Below are positions 10,716 through 22,183 of a DNA stretch of 64,000 bases, one piece after another (within the stretch, counting starts at the first letter, position 1; the number at the start of each line of letters is the position of its first letter). The notes beneath the pieces are model-generated. The model ran no database searches. It was given only the letters and a program-made list of their open reading frames with translations, and was not told the origin of the DNA. The stretch is from NCBI RefSeq assembly GCF_046119375.1, contig NW_027362761.1:775930001-775994000 (forward strand), given 5' to 3'. A program made the position numbers and the translations under genes. The DNA is from Phyllobates terribilis. Lineage: Eukaryota.

Positions 10716-11823
10716 CCCTTCGAGGCCTGGATTATTTTTATGTCTTTTGTACTTTATTATTCGCTTCACTCTGCCAGGAATTATAACATTTTAATTTTTT
10801 TATCAATATACCAATATGAGGTAATTTTTGTGGGACTAGTTATAGTTTTGAGCAACATATAATGTTCTTAAAAACAAGAAAAAAATCCATGTGCAGTGTA
10901 AAAAAACAACAACCCACAATTCCACTTTGGGTTTTGTTTTTAAGGTGTTCAGTATGCTGTAAAAATTACATGACAACATTATTCTGGGTAATATGATTAT
11001 GCCAATACCAAACATAAGATTCTAAAAAAAAAAATTTGTAGTTAATAAAATAATTTATAAAAATTACATTTTGTTTTATGTCACCATTTTGGCAGACCCC
11101 TAACATTTTCCATTCTTTTGTTAATGGACCTGTGTGAGTGCCATTTTTTTGTGGGCCAAGCTGAAGTTTTTACTCTTACCAACATTTTGATCGCTTTTTA
11201 TTTCATTTTTGTGAAGAGGTACAATGACCAAAAAAAGTTAATTCTAGCACTTTTAATAATAACTAATTAACTATTTTTTTTTACATTTTGGCATTCACCT
11301 TATCGGACAAATATTTTTAGATTTTATTACCTTGGGCAATTACAGTCGCAGCAATGCCAATTATCTTAATCTTTTTATTTTTTTTACATTTTACTATTTG
11401 CATTTAGGGAAAAGGTGGGTAATTTAAACTTTTACATTTTGTTGTGTTTTTTATTATATTTTTTAATGTTTTAGACCCTTTTAATTAGTCCCCTAAGGTT
11501 TGTTGAGCTTGTGATCACTTGTTCTCCTGTTCAATTCACGGCAATACTGCAGTATTGCACTGTGTTGTGAAATTGACAATTTCTGAGTTATAATATGGCA
11601 AACACTACGTTTGCTGCCTTTTAAATGCCGCTGTCACACTTGACTTTGGCATTTAAGGGATTAAACGGATGCAACTGGAGCAATCAGTCACTGTCTGGTG
11701 CCGGCTATGTAAGAGCCGGCACTCTTGCTGTACAGGGCGGGCTCAGTTCCTGAGCTTGCTCCGTGCAGTGATGGCATACAGCTGGCGTATCTGTACTGTA
11801 GCCATCGCCGAAGCAGTTAAGGG
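10716..11823. mobile_element. piggyBac-like non-autonomous element (decayed, right end approximate)
   Basis: TTAA|CCCTT left terminus, AT-rich body, and a degenerate GTTAAGGG near 11816-11823. Confidence 0.5.
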
Positions 11824-14800
11824 CTATGTTCTCAGCATGTATTTATATAGCTGGTGGTATTATTTAGGAAATTTTATTTATGTTACTTATTCAATGTCTG
11901 TATATGCTATTAAAGCTACATACTTTAACTTCTAAAAGGGCATATGTCTTAAGTAATTTATAACACAGACGTTTGTAAAGATTTAACTAAATCAAACTCT
12001 TGTCAAAATCCAATTAGTAACTGAAAATGTGCCCATCCTTTCCACATATTTCGACAAGGGCTACAATTAGATATATTCTCGAATAGACACATGTAACATA
12101 TATGTTTTTTTTTTTAAGTTTCCCATCTCACACTGATCATCTTGGGATAGCTCGAGCCAAAAGGAAAAAAGTATGGAAGGACATTTATATATTTACTCAA
12201 ACTCATAGCTCATTTCCTAGTTTTGTTTGAGTCCTTGACATGAAAGGGCTGGTAGAAATTAGTTTGGGTTAACATGCATATTTGATCTAGCTGCTAAAGC
12301 AGCAGAAATATTCCAGCACACTTGATAATATAGCCTAAAAAGGATGTATCATCCTGTTTGCAAGCTGTGACCAAGGATACTGCTCAGTTTTTAAGAAAAA
12401 AAAAATGAAATTATTCATTGGTTCTTACATAAATCACTAAACATTCTTAACAGCAGTCATAGGGCAGGTAATATGCCAGGAGAAATGTTTATTCCTTGCT
12501 TTATAAAGACAGCTGAATACAAATGTACAGGCTGAAAGATTATCTAGGCAAATACTGAAGCTATGACGAGCTTTCTTTTTCCAATACATCCTGTCCTTAT
12601 TTGTACAGAGATGTAAGAATACATTGTCATGGTCTGATTGTGATTAAAAGGAAAGGAATAAACATTGCATAACACAAATTAATTGTAATCATTTCTCCTA
12701 GCTACAGAAGTTGTAGGGTGGAAGAGGTATTGTGATTCAGTCTACTATTGAAACTGACCATACCTTCTTTTAAAGCATGAAGAATTACCAGCATCCATGA
12801 CTATTCCGTTAACATGGGTGCTCAGGATAAATCCTGCATTTGTGGTCAGTGTACAAACAATAGATGTGATTACCTGTATGCCACTTATGCGAAAGACTGC
12901 TGCTGGGATGGCTGCAATGTCACACACTGGTTCTTACTGGTTGCACTTCTAAAGCAGCTGCTATAATTCCATGCTAAGGCATCCCAGAAGAGCACCATAA
13001 ATAACATTATCGTATGGGGGTGGGACCTGGAGGCAGATCATTTTGACAGTGTTCCTGAACTTGTCTACCAGAAGTAAAAAAAACTTTCTCTACACCCTTT
13101 ATTGTCAATCAAGGGCATAACAATTCCTCAAAGCTAGATTACAAAGGAGCAACTGCAGAACTGCATAGGTAATATGGTAGGGTTATTTGTAATTAGCTGA
13201 ACTAGTTAACTAATAATAAACTACTTAAGCTGGATATTTCTTGGTGTTGTACAAAACTTACATCGATAAAAATGAATAAAGAAAATTGCAAAAAATATCT
13301 AGTATGTTTTTGAGAAAAGTCCTTTTGAGATAAGGACATTTTTGGTCGAATATTGCACACCTTAAATAACTCTTCACTCTTATGGGTCGAGTTTGCGCAA
13401 AGATTATGTTTCTTCCCTTGCATTTTAAATGGGAATGTTTAATCAGAAAATTACGTTATTAAAATACGTTTTATTATATACAGTTTGTTTTTACATTTTT
13501 GTTCTGTTTGGATATGGAAAAATATTGAAAAATGTTCTGTTTTCACACATTGTTTTAGAGCTTTAGTGTGTAGACTGGGACAGGATCAACAGAGGGTGGG
13601 AAAATGGAAGCTCTATTTCTTTGCTGAATACCTTCATAAGATAAGATAGCAGTATTGTACATACAGATAAGACTAGTATCTTTCCTGTCCCTTACTGCTC
13701 TGCTAAAGGAGATACACTGCATCCATTCCTGATGCAGCTTATCACCATAAACATGAGATAAAAGTTGCCCGATCCCAATGATTCACAAAAACCCAAAGAC
13801 TAATATGTATTGTGGTGTCCCAGCAGCAGGTGTCAGGAGAAAGAAGACTCAAACTTTTGTTACTGCAAGAGGAGTAATGTTTCTCCTTGTGGAGAGTGAT
13901 ATGCCGGCTCTGGCATGCCAAGGTAAGGAGGCTTACTCGCCATACAATGCTTCTCTGGGAAATGTACTATGCAAATTGCCTCTTCAGAGAGGAAGAGGAC
14001 TTGAACTCTATAATGCCACCTGTTGGAAGCAGCAATACTAAAAGTCACTATTGACCCTTTAACGAATCTTACAATATGACTTAGAATAAAAGCCCAATTA
14101 GAATCTCAATTTTGAAATTTACTGCTTGTTAATATTTTCAGCCGTTTTTGAGATATTAACTTTTTTTTTTTCCAGCTCATTGTCTTGGAGACCGACCAGG
14201 GCAGCAGAACATGTGCAATGCTTATAAGATCTTTACTATTGAGACTGCAGCGGTGGTCGGTCTGCTAGGCAACAAGTTGTAAACAAAGAAAAGTGTTACT
14301 ATGTCAAGAACGGCTGCAAATTTTATTAGGTTATAAATTGCAGAGGTGCTTGCCTTTACAAGTAAGTATACTAGAATATCTATAAAGATGGGAATAACCC
14401 TTAAATTAGTGACATTAAAATCAAAACTACATAGCATTTTGTTGATGTTTATAGAAAAATAACAATTAGGTCAAAGATGCAAACTGACACATTTTTTTAA
14501 GAAACTTTCTTAGGCTTTATTCACATGTGCTTTGGAGGCACCTTTAGAGTCCATTGTCTTGGGCAGAAAATATACTGCTGCAAGCAGCACTTTTTTCCCC
14601 AATATAACATGACACCCTGTGACAGCTTCCATTATAAGTCAGGCATTGCCCATGCTAACTGCGTAATGGATCTGGAACTACATTATAGTTTTTGTTTATC
14701 ACAGATGTTAGTCTGAGTCTTACTAAAGCATATATGCATGTCTTATGCTTGTAGCTGAGAACCTTGACACCCTAGTGTGAAGACAATGTTATTTTTACCT

Positions 14801-15662
14801 CTTCTTTATTTTTGGAAGATGTGGGAATTAGAATTCAGCAAGAGGTCAACAGCAAAATCCTTTACAGCATTTGAGGCTATTGACAAGACAGCGCTGTGTG
14901 AACTACAGTGGTTGCAAAGCCTTACTAGTAGCAGAAGGGGCAGCATGTTTCTTACAGTAGTTAATCCTATCTATCAGCATCGGTTAAAATTCATCCCATC
15001 TGTTTTGAGTGTGAGAGGACTAGTGATGAGCGAGTGTGCTCCCAACTGCTCGGTACTCGCCCGAGCATCTCACTGCTCGAGATGCTCAGCGAGTACTTCC
15101 TGGATGTTCGGGCGGGAGCCTGTCTTAACAGCGAATAAACATGCAGGGATTCCCTGCCACTCACTGTAATGCTGCAGCCATGTTGGTTGTGGCAGTACAG
15201 TGATTGGCTGGCCGCATAGCGTTATCGGGTCTATATCAGACCCTGTGACCCTGTGCTTGTCACAGTCTACCCTTCAGACAGGCAGAGTAGGGAGAGCTGC
15301 TGCTGAGCTAGGGAGAGAATGGACGGTTTATTAGTGAGGTATTAGCTATTCCAAAGGTATTAGGTATACCACAGCTATATATACACATCTGAACTAACAG
15401 TCCTTCTAAGGACTAATCCAGCTGCATATATTCTTAATCTTGATAGCAGGAGTTAGGCAAGCAGAGTTTGTGGAGAGTGTATGAGCAGAATAGGGTCCAT
15501 TGCACGTTCTGTCTGCTATGCTGCTGTTACAGATATCCATAGCCCTAGATATCAGGGCTAATTTTTTTTTGCTCTTAATCCTGATTATTTGCTTAAAAAG
15601 CAATACAGTACAGTATTTATTTGAATTGCTGTATTGTGAAAGCAGAGAAACTTGTCCATCAT

Positions 15663-15995
15663 CAGATGTGATCCGATATTATTGCGGTAATAATCGTGAC
15701 ATTTCTTGGAGCGTGCCAAATATTACACTCCAGTTAAAGTCTGCCAGTTGTGTGTTGTTCAACCTATTCACACTTAGTCACTGACCAATACCATATCTCT
15801 AACGCCACTGCCTAAAACCGTAGTCATCAGACGTGATCCCATATTACTGCAGTAATAATCGTCACAATTTTTGAAGCATGCCAAATATTACACTCCAGTT
15901 AAAGTCTGCCAGTTGTGTGTTGTTCAACCTATTCACACTTAGTCGCTGACCAATACCATATCTATAAGGCCACTGCTTAAAACCATGGTAATCAG
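15663..15995 (+). repeat. 165-bp tandem duplication within the hAT 5' region
   Basis: CAGAYGTGATCC recurs at 15663 and 15828, with a partial third start at 15993. Confidence 0.9.
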
Positions 15996-16120
15996 ACAGG
16001 ATCAGAGGTGAAGGTCATGGGCAAGATGAAATTGTGCCTGCTGAGGGAGCACAACAAACACCCACATCATGCTGAACTACCTTCCTGTCCAAATTTGTAG
16101 GGGGCTGCGGAACACCACTC

Positions 16121-16947
16121 TTGAAGCCAAAGCAGTGTGAAAAGGTTGTTGGTTGGATAGCAGATAATGCTTCCAGTCAGTTAGCCACTACTGTCACCCT
16201 GTCTTCCTCACGGTCCAGTCTCAGTAGCCGTGAGTCTGGACCACATATTCTTTACCCTGATCCACCTTCCTCCCACCATGCCGAGTGCCTGGAGGCAAGT
16301 GATCCCACACTTGGACACTCTGAAGAGCTGTTCACTTTTCCATTTACAGATTCGGGCCTCTCACCCTACCCGCTTCAAGTGGGGCAAGAGGAGATCTCAT
16401 ACCAAAATATTTGAACAGCCACTATCACACGAAGGCGACAGTGGAAAATTGCAATTACTGTCGCAAGAGGTGGATGATGATGATGAGACACAATTGCCAA
16501 CATTAAGGAGGAGGCCCAGGGTGCGTACGTGGAAGATAAGGTGGTGGATGAGAAAGTTACTGACCCAACCTGGCAAGGTGACATGCATAGCAAGGACAGC
16601 AGCACACAGAGCGAGGGAGGCGTAGCACCACAACAAGCAGGAAAAAGCAGAGGGTTGGCCACAGACACAAGGCGTGCAAGCGTTCCCAGGAACACCAACA
16701 CAAGGGAAGTTGCCAGTCCAACTGTTAGGTCTTCCATAGTCTGGCTCTTTTTTAAAGACTGTCCAGATAACCCCAAAAAGGCCATTTGCAACATCTGCCA
16801 TGCCAGCATCAGCAGGGGCAGCGGAACTACCAGCCTGACCACCACCAGCATGCTCAGGTACATGACAGCAAAGCACCCAACTAGTTGGGCCGAACGCCAG
16901 GGTCCAGAAACAGTGTCTGCGAGTGACACCACTGCCTGTTCCGCTGT
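16121..16947 (+). pseudogene. hAT transposase N-terminus with BED zinc finger (frameshifted, catalytic domain absent)
   Basis: ORFs 16121-16414 and 16529-17035 in different frames. SSIVWLFF...KKAICNICHASISRG...TTSMLRYMTAKHP fits the BED WxxF..CxxC..HxxxxH pattern with the first His changed to Tyr. Confidence 0.8.
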
Positions 16948-17577
16948 TGTCACTGGTGTGTCAGATGTGACAGACAATCGCTCTGCAGTTGGCTGCAGAA
17001 GGTCTCTTCGTTTGGCATTGAAGACAGCTTTTTAAATCTGTCTTACTTTAGGACCCAGCGGATACCTCCCTCTTGCTCTGATATGTTTAAATACTTTCAG
17101 TTTGCTACAGGGAGGCGCCAGTGATATTCACATGTTCCCTTGTAAAGGCTTGGAGTGATTGCAATCAGCTTTCTTCCTCTCTGGTGCCTTGGAGGACGCT
17201 TGGTGTAATCTCTCTGAAGTTTCCTCCCCCTGTGTTTTTCTCTCTCGTTGTCTTTAGTTTATAGTGGGGACTGACCAGTGCTCATCCCTCCCCTTCCCTA
17301 TCCAGGGTCTAGGTCTAGGGATATACAGGGCTTGGGTTTCCTGCTCGGCGATTGGTGAGGAGCCAATATAGGGATGGTAGGGGAGACAGGGTGATATTAG
17401 ATCAGGCTAGGGGTCTCAACTTCCCCTTTCCCTAGTGTCTGGGCTCCCTTCCCCTCATCCCTTCATGTTGCACTTTGTCTTACCTACACTGTGCGTGACA
17501 TTATTACAACTGACACGTGGTTTTATTTGTGTTTTTTTTTTTTCGGGCGTGTTTTTTTTTCCCTTTCTCCCTTGGAT

Positions 17578-18400
17578 ATGGTTTCAGTTGCAGAGCTCAC
17601 AGAGCAGCTGCGCTGTCTGTCTCTGGAGGTGACTGGCCTCCACTGTGAGGTTCAACAGAAGCATCAGCGGCTGCAGGTCGCTAATGTTGCGGTCTCTGCA
17701 GGTAGGCCAATCCAGCTTGAATCCAAGGTTGCCCTCCCAGACAGGTTTTCAGGAGGTAGGGACAAGTTTTTTGTGTTCAAAGAGGCCTGCAAATTGTACT
17801 TTAAACTTCGTTCTTACTCCTCCGGAAATGAGGAACAACGAGTGGGAATTATAATCTCACTGCTGCAAGGAGATCCTCAATCTTTGGCTTTTTCCTTGCT
17901 GCAGGATTCGGTTTGTCTCCAGTCAGTGGAGGTTTTTTTTGTGGCCCTGGCCCTCATCTGTGATGACCTTGACCGATTCGCCTTGGCTGAGTCTAGGCTA
18001 CGTCGCCTGCAGCAGGGGAATCGGTCAGTGGAGACATACAGCTCTGAATTCCGTAGATGGGCAACGGATACAAAATGGAATGACTCAGCTCTTAGAAGCC
18101 AATTTTGACAGGGCCTTACTGAAAGGTTGAAAGATGCTTTGGCAGTATTTGAAACCCCTGAGTCCTTTGAGGCTGCCATGTCGTTGGCTATACGTGTTGA
18201 TAGACGCCTTAGGGATAGGTTGGTGATACCACCTTCTCCGGGGCCTTCTTGTCGGGGTTATGCCTCTTTGCCGGGGGTAGCGGTCTGGTGGTGAACCAGT
18301 ACAGGGGGAGGTGGAGGAACGCATGCAGTTAGGGGTTGCCTCTGCATCGTACATTTCCCCGGAGATTCGCAAACAAAAAGGCGTATTTTTTGTGGAAAAA
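17578..18400 (+). pseudogene. gag: gag of element B (premature TGA at 18106 and later disablements)
   Basis: LPDRFSGGRDKFFVFKEAC...LRRLQQGNRSVETYSSEFRRWATDTKWNDSALRSQF is typical retrotransposon capsid sequence. Confidence 0.85.
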
Positions 18401-18479
18401 ACTGACATTTTATTGGTGCCTGTCCTTCGATTCCTAAGCAAAAATAGACTCAATTAACCCTTGGTAGTCTGGAGTTGGA

Positions 18480-19567
18480 CATGAATTGGTGCATTTATCG
18501 TCAACCTGCAGTTCCCGGTTTGTTCTGACAACCAAGTTGGTGCTAGAGAGAAAAAACGAGAACATTTCTGTGTTTGTTTACAGTGGAGATGGAGTCAGCA
18601 TGGTTGATGCTGAGTTTGTGAGAACTCATGGTCTTTCTTGCTCTAATTTAGCTAAACTTATTCCCATCTTCGCCATCAACTCAGCGCCACTTGCACAGAA
18701 AGCTCTGACTCAGATTGTACATAATGTAACACTGAAGGTGGGGTTAGTTCATTGTGAGATAATCCCTTGCTATGTCCTGGACGGTCTTCCCACCTCAAAT
18801 GTTTTGGGTCTACCCTGGTTGGTGAAATATAATCCGTTGGTGGATTGGCAAGCCAGGGAGATCATTGAATGGGGAGATTACTGCCATGAGAACTGTTTAG
18901 ATATTTTCCTTTCTACAGTCTCTACGGAAATCTTACCTGCTTTTCTGTCTGGTTTTGAGGACGTTTTTTCTGAGAGGGGATGTCAGGATTTGCCTCCTCA
19001 TCGTGCATATGACTTTCCTATTAATCTGAGCCGGAGCTAAACTACCAAAGTCCAGATTGTATAATCTTGTATAATCTTTCTGGCCCTGAGAGACAAGCTA
19101 TGAAGGATTTAATTGCGGAAAGTCTGGAGAAGGGACATATTAAACCCTCATCTTTGCCCGTGGCGGCAGGGTTCTTCTTCATGAAGAAAAAAGATGGCGG
19201 CCTACATCCCTGTTTAGATTTCCGGGAATTAAATCAAATTACCATCCGAGATCTATACCCTCTTTCTCTGATTCCAGATTTGTTCAGCCAGGGGGACGCT
19301 CCTGCCTCCTGCCCTTCAGGAAGGTTATTTGTAACATCTAATCTGCGCCGCAAAGTAATTAAGGAACATCACAACTCTGTGTTTGCTGGTCATCTACGTG
19401 GTAAGGCAACTGCGAACCTCCTCTCTCGTCATTTTTGGTGGCTGGGGTTGCATTGGGATGTGGTTGAACACATCTGCTTGTAGTATTTATGTGCATTCTA
19501 AATGATCACATACCCGTCCGTCTGGTACTCTTCTTCCGCTAACTATGCCTAGCAGACCATGGACACA
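18480..19567 (+). pseudogene. pol: pol of element B with most of RT and all of RNase H deleted
   Basis: VLGLPWLVKYNPLVDW (protease end), [24 protein letters not shown] (RT start) joined in frame to [14 protein letters not shown]...HNSVFAGH (integrase start). Confidence 0.85.
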
Positions 19568-19569
19568 TA

Positions 19570-19731
19570 CAGTACAGACCAAAAGTTTGGACACACCTTC
19601 TCATTTAAAGATTTTTCTGTATTTTCATGACTTTGAAAATTGTACATTCACACTGAAAGCATCAAAACTATGAATTAACACATGTGGAATTTTATACTTT
19701 ACAAAAAAGTGTGAAACAACTGAAAATATGT
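19570..19731 (+). mobile_element. Left terminal fragment of a Tc1-like transposon inserted at TA in the integrase of B
   Basis: TA|CAGTACAGACCAAAAGTTTGGACACACC is a Tc1-type terminus. Confidence 0.75.
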
Positions 19732-20125
19732 TTGTATAATTGTATAATATAATACCCTTTGTATAATTATAGGATTGATCTTTTGCATGTTTTGCAAGAG
19801 CCAGTGTCTTCGCCAACTGTCAGCAAAACTGGCGCATGACCTCAGCTTTCTTTGACCACATAATTGCTCCCCTGAAGCCGGGTGTATGCTTCCCGGTTTC
19901 AGAGGCGCACTGCGTATGTCCTGAAGTGAGAAAGATCCTTCTGTACATGGGCAGTATGCCTCTGAAGTCGGGAAGCATACACCGGGCATCAGAGAAGCAA
20001 TGATGATGATGTGGGCGAAGAGTTTTACAGAGAACTTGGGGTGCAGGCCATGCTGTGAGAACCAACTGGTCAGGGGAAAACAACACCCCATTGACTAGTC
20101 AAAGGCCTAATTAGCATATGAAATG

Positions 20126-21177
20126 TGTAGCGTCGGCGTCCCTGCCTCCTGCTAGGCAGGGACGCCGTTCCCCTCACCTCTCCGCTCCGTGCCCGGCGTC
20201 TTCCTCCCGCTCTGCTGGCAGCGCGCGCTGCTTCCCGGCCTCTGTGCTTAGGGCGCGCGCGCCCCCCCTCTCTTAAAGGGGCCGCGCGCGCCGTCCTAAG
20301 GAGTCTCCGGCCAATGGCCGGAGGACCTCACCATATATAAGGCACCTCCTCCAAAATGGAGGTGCCCGAGCAATGTTGTTGCAAAGCCTTTCAACTCTGC
20401 TTCAGCCCTCAGGTCCCGTTACCAGTTACCTGCCAGTCACCTGCTAGATTCCTGCTTGATACCTGCCCGATACCAGCCTGATATCTGCTTACCTGCTTGC
20501 TATCCTGTGGTCCGACAGTCTGCCTACCAGCACCTGCCAGTCTGTCTATGGATCAGTCCGCCTGCGGACCAGGAAGTACCTGCCAGATACCTGCCTGATA
20601 CCTGCCTGCCTGTCCAGAGACTCTTACTCGCTCACCTGGGAGCGCTCACCTGCTACCTGCCTGCTAGCCTACCTGGAGGCTTAGCCGTCACTTGCTGTGA
20701 CCACCTGCCTGTCCAGAGACTCTTGCCTGCTCACCTGGGAGCGCTCACCTGCTACCTGCCTGCTAGCCTACCTGGAGGCTCTGCCGTCACTTGCCGTGAC
20801 CACCTGCCTGTCCAGAGACTCTTGCCCGCTCACCTGGGAGCGCTCACCTGCTACCTGCCTGCTAGCCTATCTAGAGACTCTTTCCCTGCTGTCACTTGCC
20901 GTGACCACCTGCCCGTCTAGAGACTCTTTCCCTGCTGTCACTTGCCGTGACCACCTGCCCGTCTAGAGACTCTTACCCTGCTGTCACTTGCCGTGACCAT
21001 CCGCCTGTCAAGAGACTGTCCCCGTCACTTGCCGTGACCTCCTGCCCTTCTACCCAGAGACTGTCCCTGTCACTTGCCGTGACTACCTGCCCGCCTTTTC
21101 TGGGAGCCACCCTCTTCCTTACAAGGACTGCCCCTTTGTATAGTTGCTCAGAGGTTCCACCTCACAGTCCCGTTACA
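20126..21177 (+). repeat. 5' LTR of element C (1052 bp)
   Basis: TGTAGCG...GTTACA, TATATAA at 20334, internal 99-bp and 46-bp repeat arrays. Confidence 0.96.
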
Positions 21178-21189
21178 GTTTGCTCAGGC
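21178..21189 (+). promoter_or_regulatory. Putative self-priming primer-binding site, not tRNA-derived
   Basis: TTGCTCAGGC (21180-21189) is complementary at 9 of 10 positions to GCCCGAGCAA (20364-20373), which starts 30 nt after the TATA. No TGG tRNA-type PBS is present. Confidence 0.7.
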
Positions 21190-21190
21190 C

Positions 21191-22141
21191 ATGGAACCCG
21201 GTGGCACCCAAGCTCCCTCGCTCTCGGACCTATGCCATGAACTGTCCCGTCAGAGGTCCCAACAGGAGTTCATCCTGAGTCACCTGCGTAGTGTTAACTC
21301 CCGCCTGGACACACTGACTACATCTTCGGGACCGGCTTCCAGTCGCACGACTCCTACCCCGGCAGCGTCGCTGCCCATCAATTCCATGGCATCTCTTCCC
21401 GGTCCCCGCCTCACCGCCCCGCCTCGTTTTGGCGGAGATCCCGGTCAGGCACGGGGCTACATTAACCTGTGCACTCTGCACTTCGAACTGTTGGCACATC
21501 AGTTTTCCACCGACCGAGCCAAAGTAGCCTTCATCATGTCCCATCTCACGGGGGAGGCGCTGGCTTGGCTAAATCCTCTATGGGAGAGAGGAGACCCTCT
21601 GGTGTCCAATCTGCCAGCCTTTCTCTCGGCTTTCCGGAAGGTCTTCGACGAACCAGGACGGAGGACCTCATCCGCCTCATCTCTGCTCCGCCTCCGCCAA
21701 GGAAGTCTCACCGTGGGCCAATATGCCATACGGTTCCGTACCCTTGCTTCGGAGCTTGCCTGGGATAACGACGCCCTGGTGTCCGTCTTCTGGGAGGGCC
21801 TGTCCGGCCGTATTAAAGATGAACTCGCCGGTCTGGACATTCCTACCACTCTCGACGACTTAATTACACTTGCCACCCGGATTGACATCCGGTTCCAGGA
21901 GCGCACCAAAGAGGTCACCCGTGAGAGGAGGTTTCCACGCCTTGCCCCTACCTTCCAGAGACCCGTCACTTCCTCCGTTACTCCTCCGGCGCACTCACCC
22001 GAGCCTATGCAGGTCGACCAGACCAAGATGGTCAAGACCCGTCAAGAATTACGCCGTGCCGAGGGGAGCTGCTTCTACTGTGGCAGTAAGGAGCACCGGA
22101 TCCGTTCCTGCCCAGAGAGGTCGGGAAACGCCTGTGTCTAG
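21191..22141 (+). CDS. gag: Gag of element C (capsid domain plus CCHC zinc knuckle), 316 aa, intact
   Basis: PPRFGGDPGQARGY, LRLRQGSLTVGQYAIRFRTLA, PEPMQVD, CFYCGSKEHRIRSC. Confidence 0.95.
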   Translation: MEPGGTQAPSLSDLCHELSRQRSQQEFILSHLRSVNSRLDTLTTSSGPASSRTTPTPAASLPINSMASLPGPRLTAPPRFGGDPGQARGYINLCTLHFELLAHQFSTDRAKVAFIMSHLTGEALAWLNPLWERGDPLVSNLPAFLSAFRKVFDEPGRRTSSASSLLRLRQGSLTVGQYAIRFRTLASELAWDNDALVSVFWEGLSGRIKDELAGLDIPTTLDDLITLATRIDIRFQERTKEVTRERRFPRLAPTFQRPVTSSVTPPAHSPEPMQVDQTKMVKTRQELRRAEGSCFYCGSKEHRIRSCPERSGNACV

Positions 22142-22183
22142 GATCGCTCAGAGAGGTCACCCTAGACAGAAATAAACCCTCTC
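22123..22183 (+). promoter_or_regulatory. -1 ribosomal frameshift signal of element C
   Basis: G GGA AAC at 22123-22129 in the gag frame. Stem TGTCTAGG (22135-22142)/CCTAGACA (22161-22168). Loop GAGAGG (22151-22156) can pair with CCTCTC (22178-22183). The -1 frame is open into pol. Confidence 0.8.

Larger units (their letters stand above)
15021..16947 (+). mobile_element. 5' part of a hAT DNA transposon, truncated at element B
   Basis: Left terminus TAGTGATGAGCG at 15021, followed by subterminal repeats and a BED-finger transposase region. Confidence 0.8.
16948..19569 (+). mobile_element. Decayed, internally deleted Gypsy (sushi-like) retrotransposon B. 5' LTR about 16948-17500, no 3' LTR.
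   Basis: LTR-like TGTCAC...GTGACA, gag starting MVSVAEL at 17578, protease region (DSG motif degraded), RT start, then integrase HH region. LTR start approximate. Confidence 0.85.

Noticed and set aside
12960-13065. Minus-strand exon candidate containing PPPYD
   Set aside because: It arises from a G-run, has a modest acceptor, and has no supporting exons or recognisable protein.
14777-15169. 130-aa ORF
   Set aside because: It crosses from unique DNA into the hAT terminal repeat, has a GTG start and no recognisable motif.
21230-22035. Antisense ORFs over gag/pol (also 1865-2357, 29434-29971 and 33507-34210)
   Set aside because: Typical shadows of GC-rich coding sequence, with no independent motifs.
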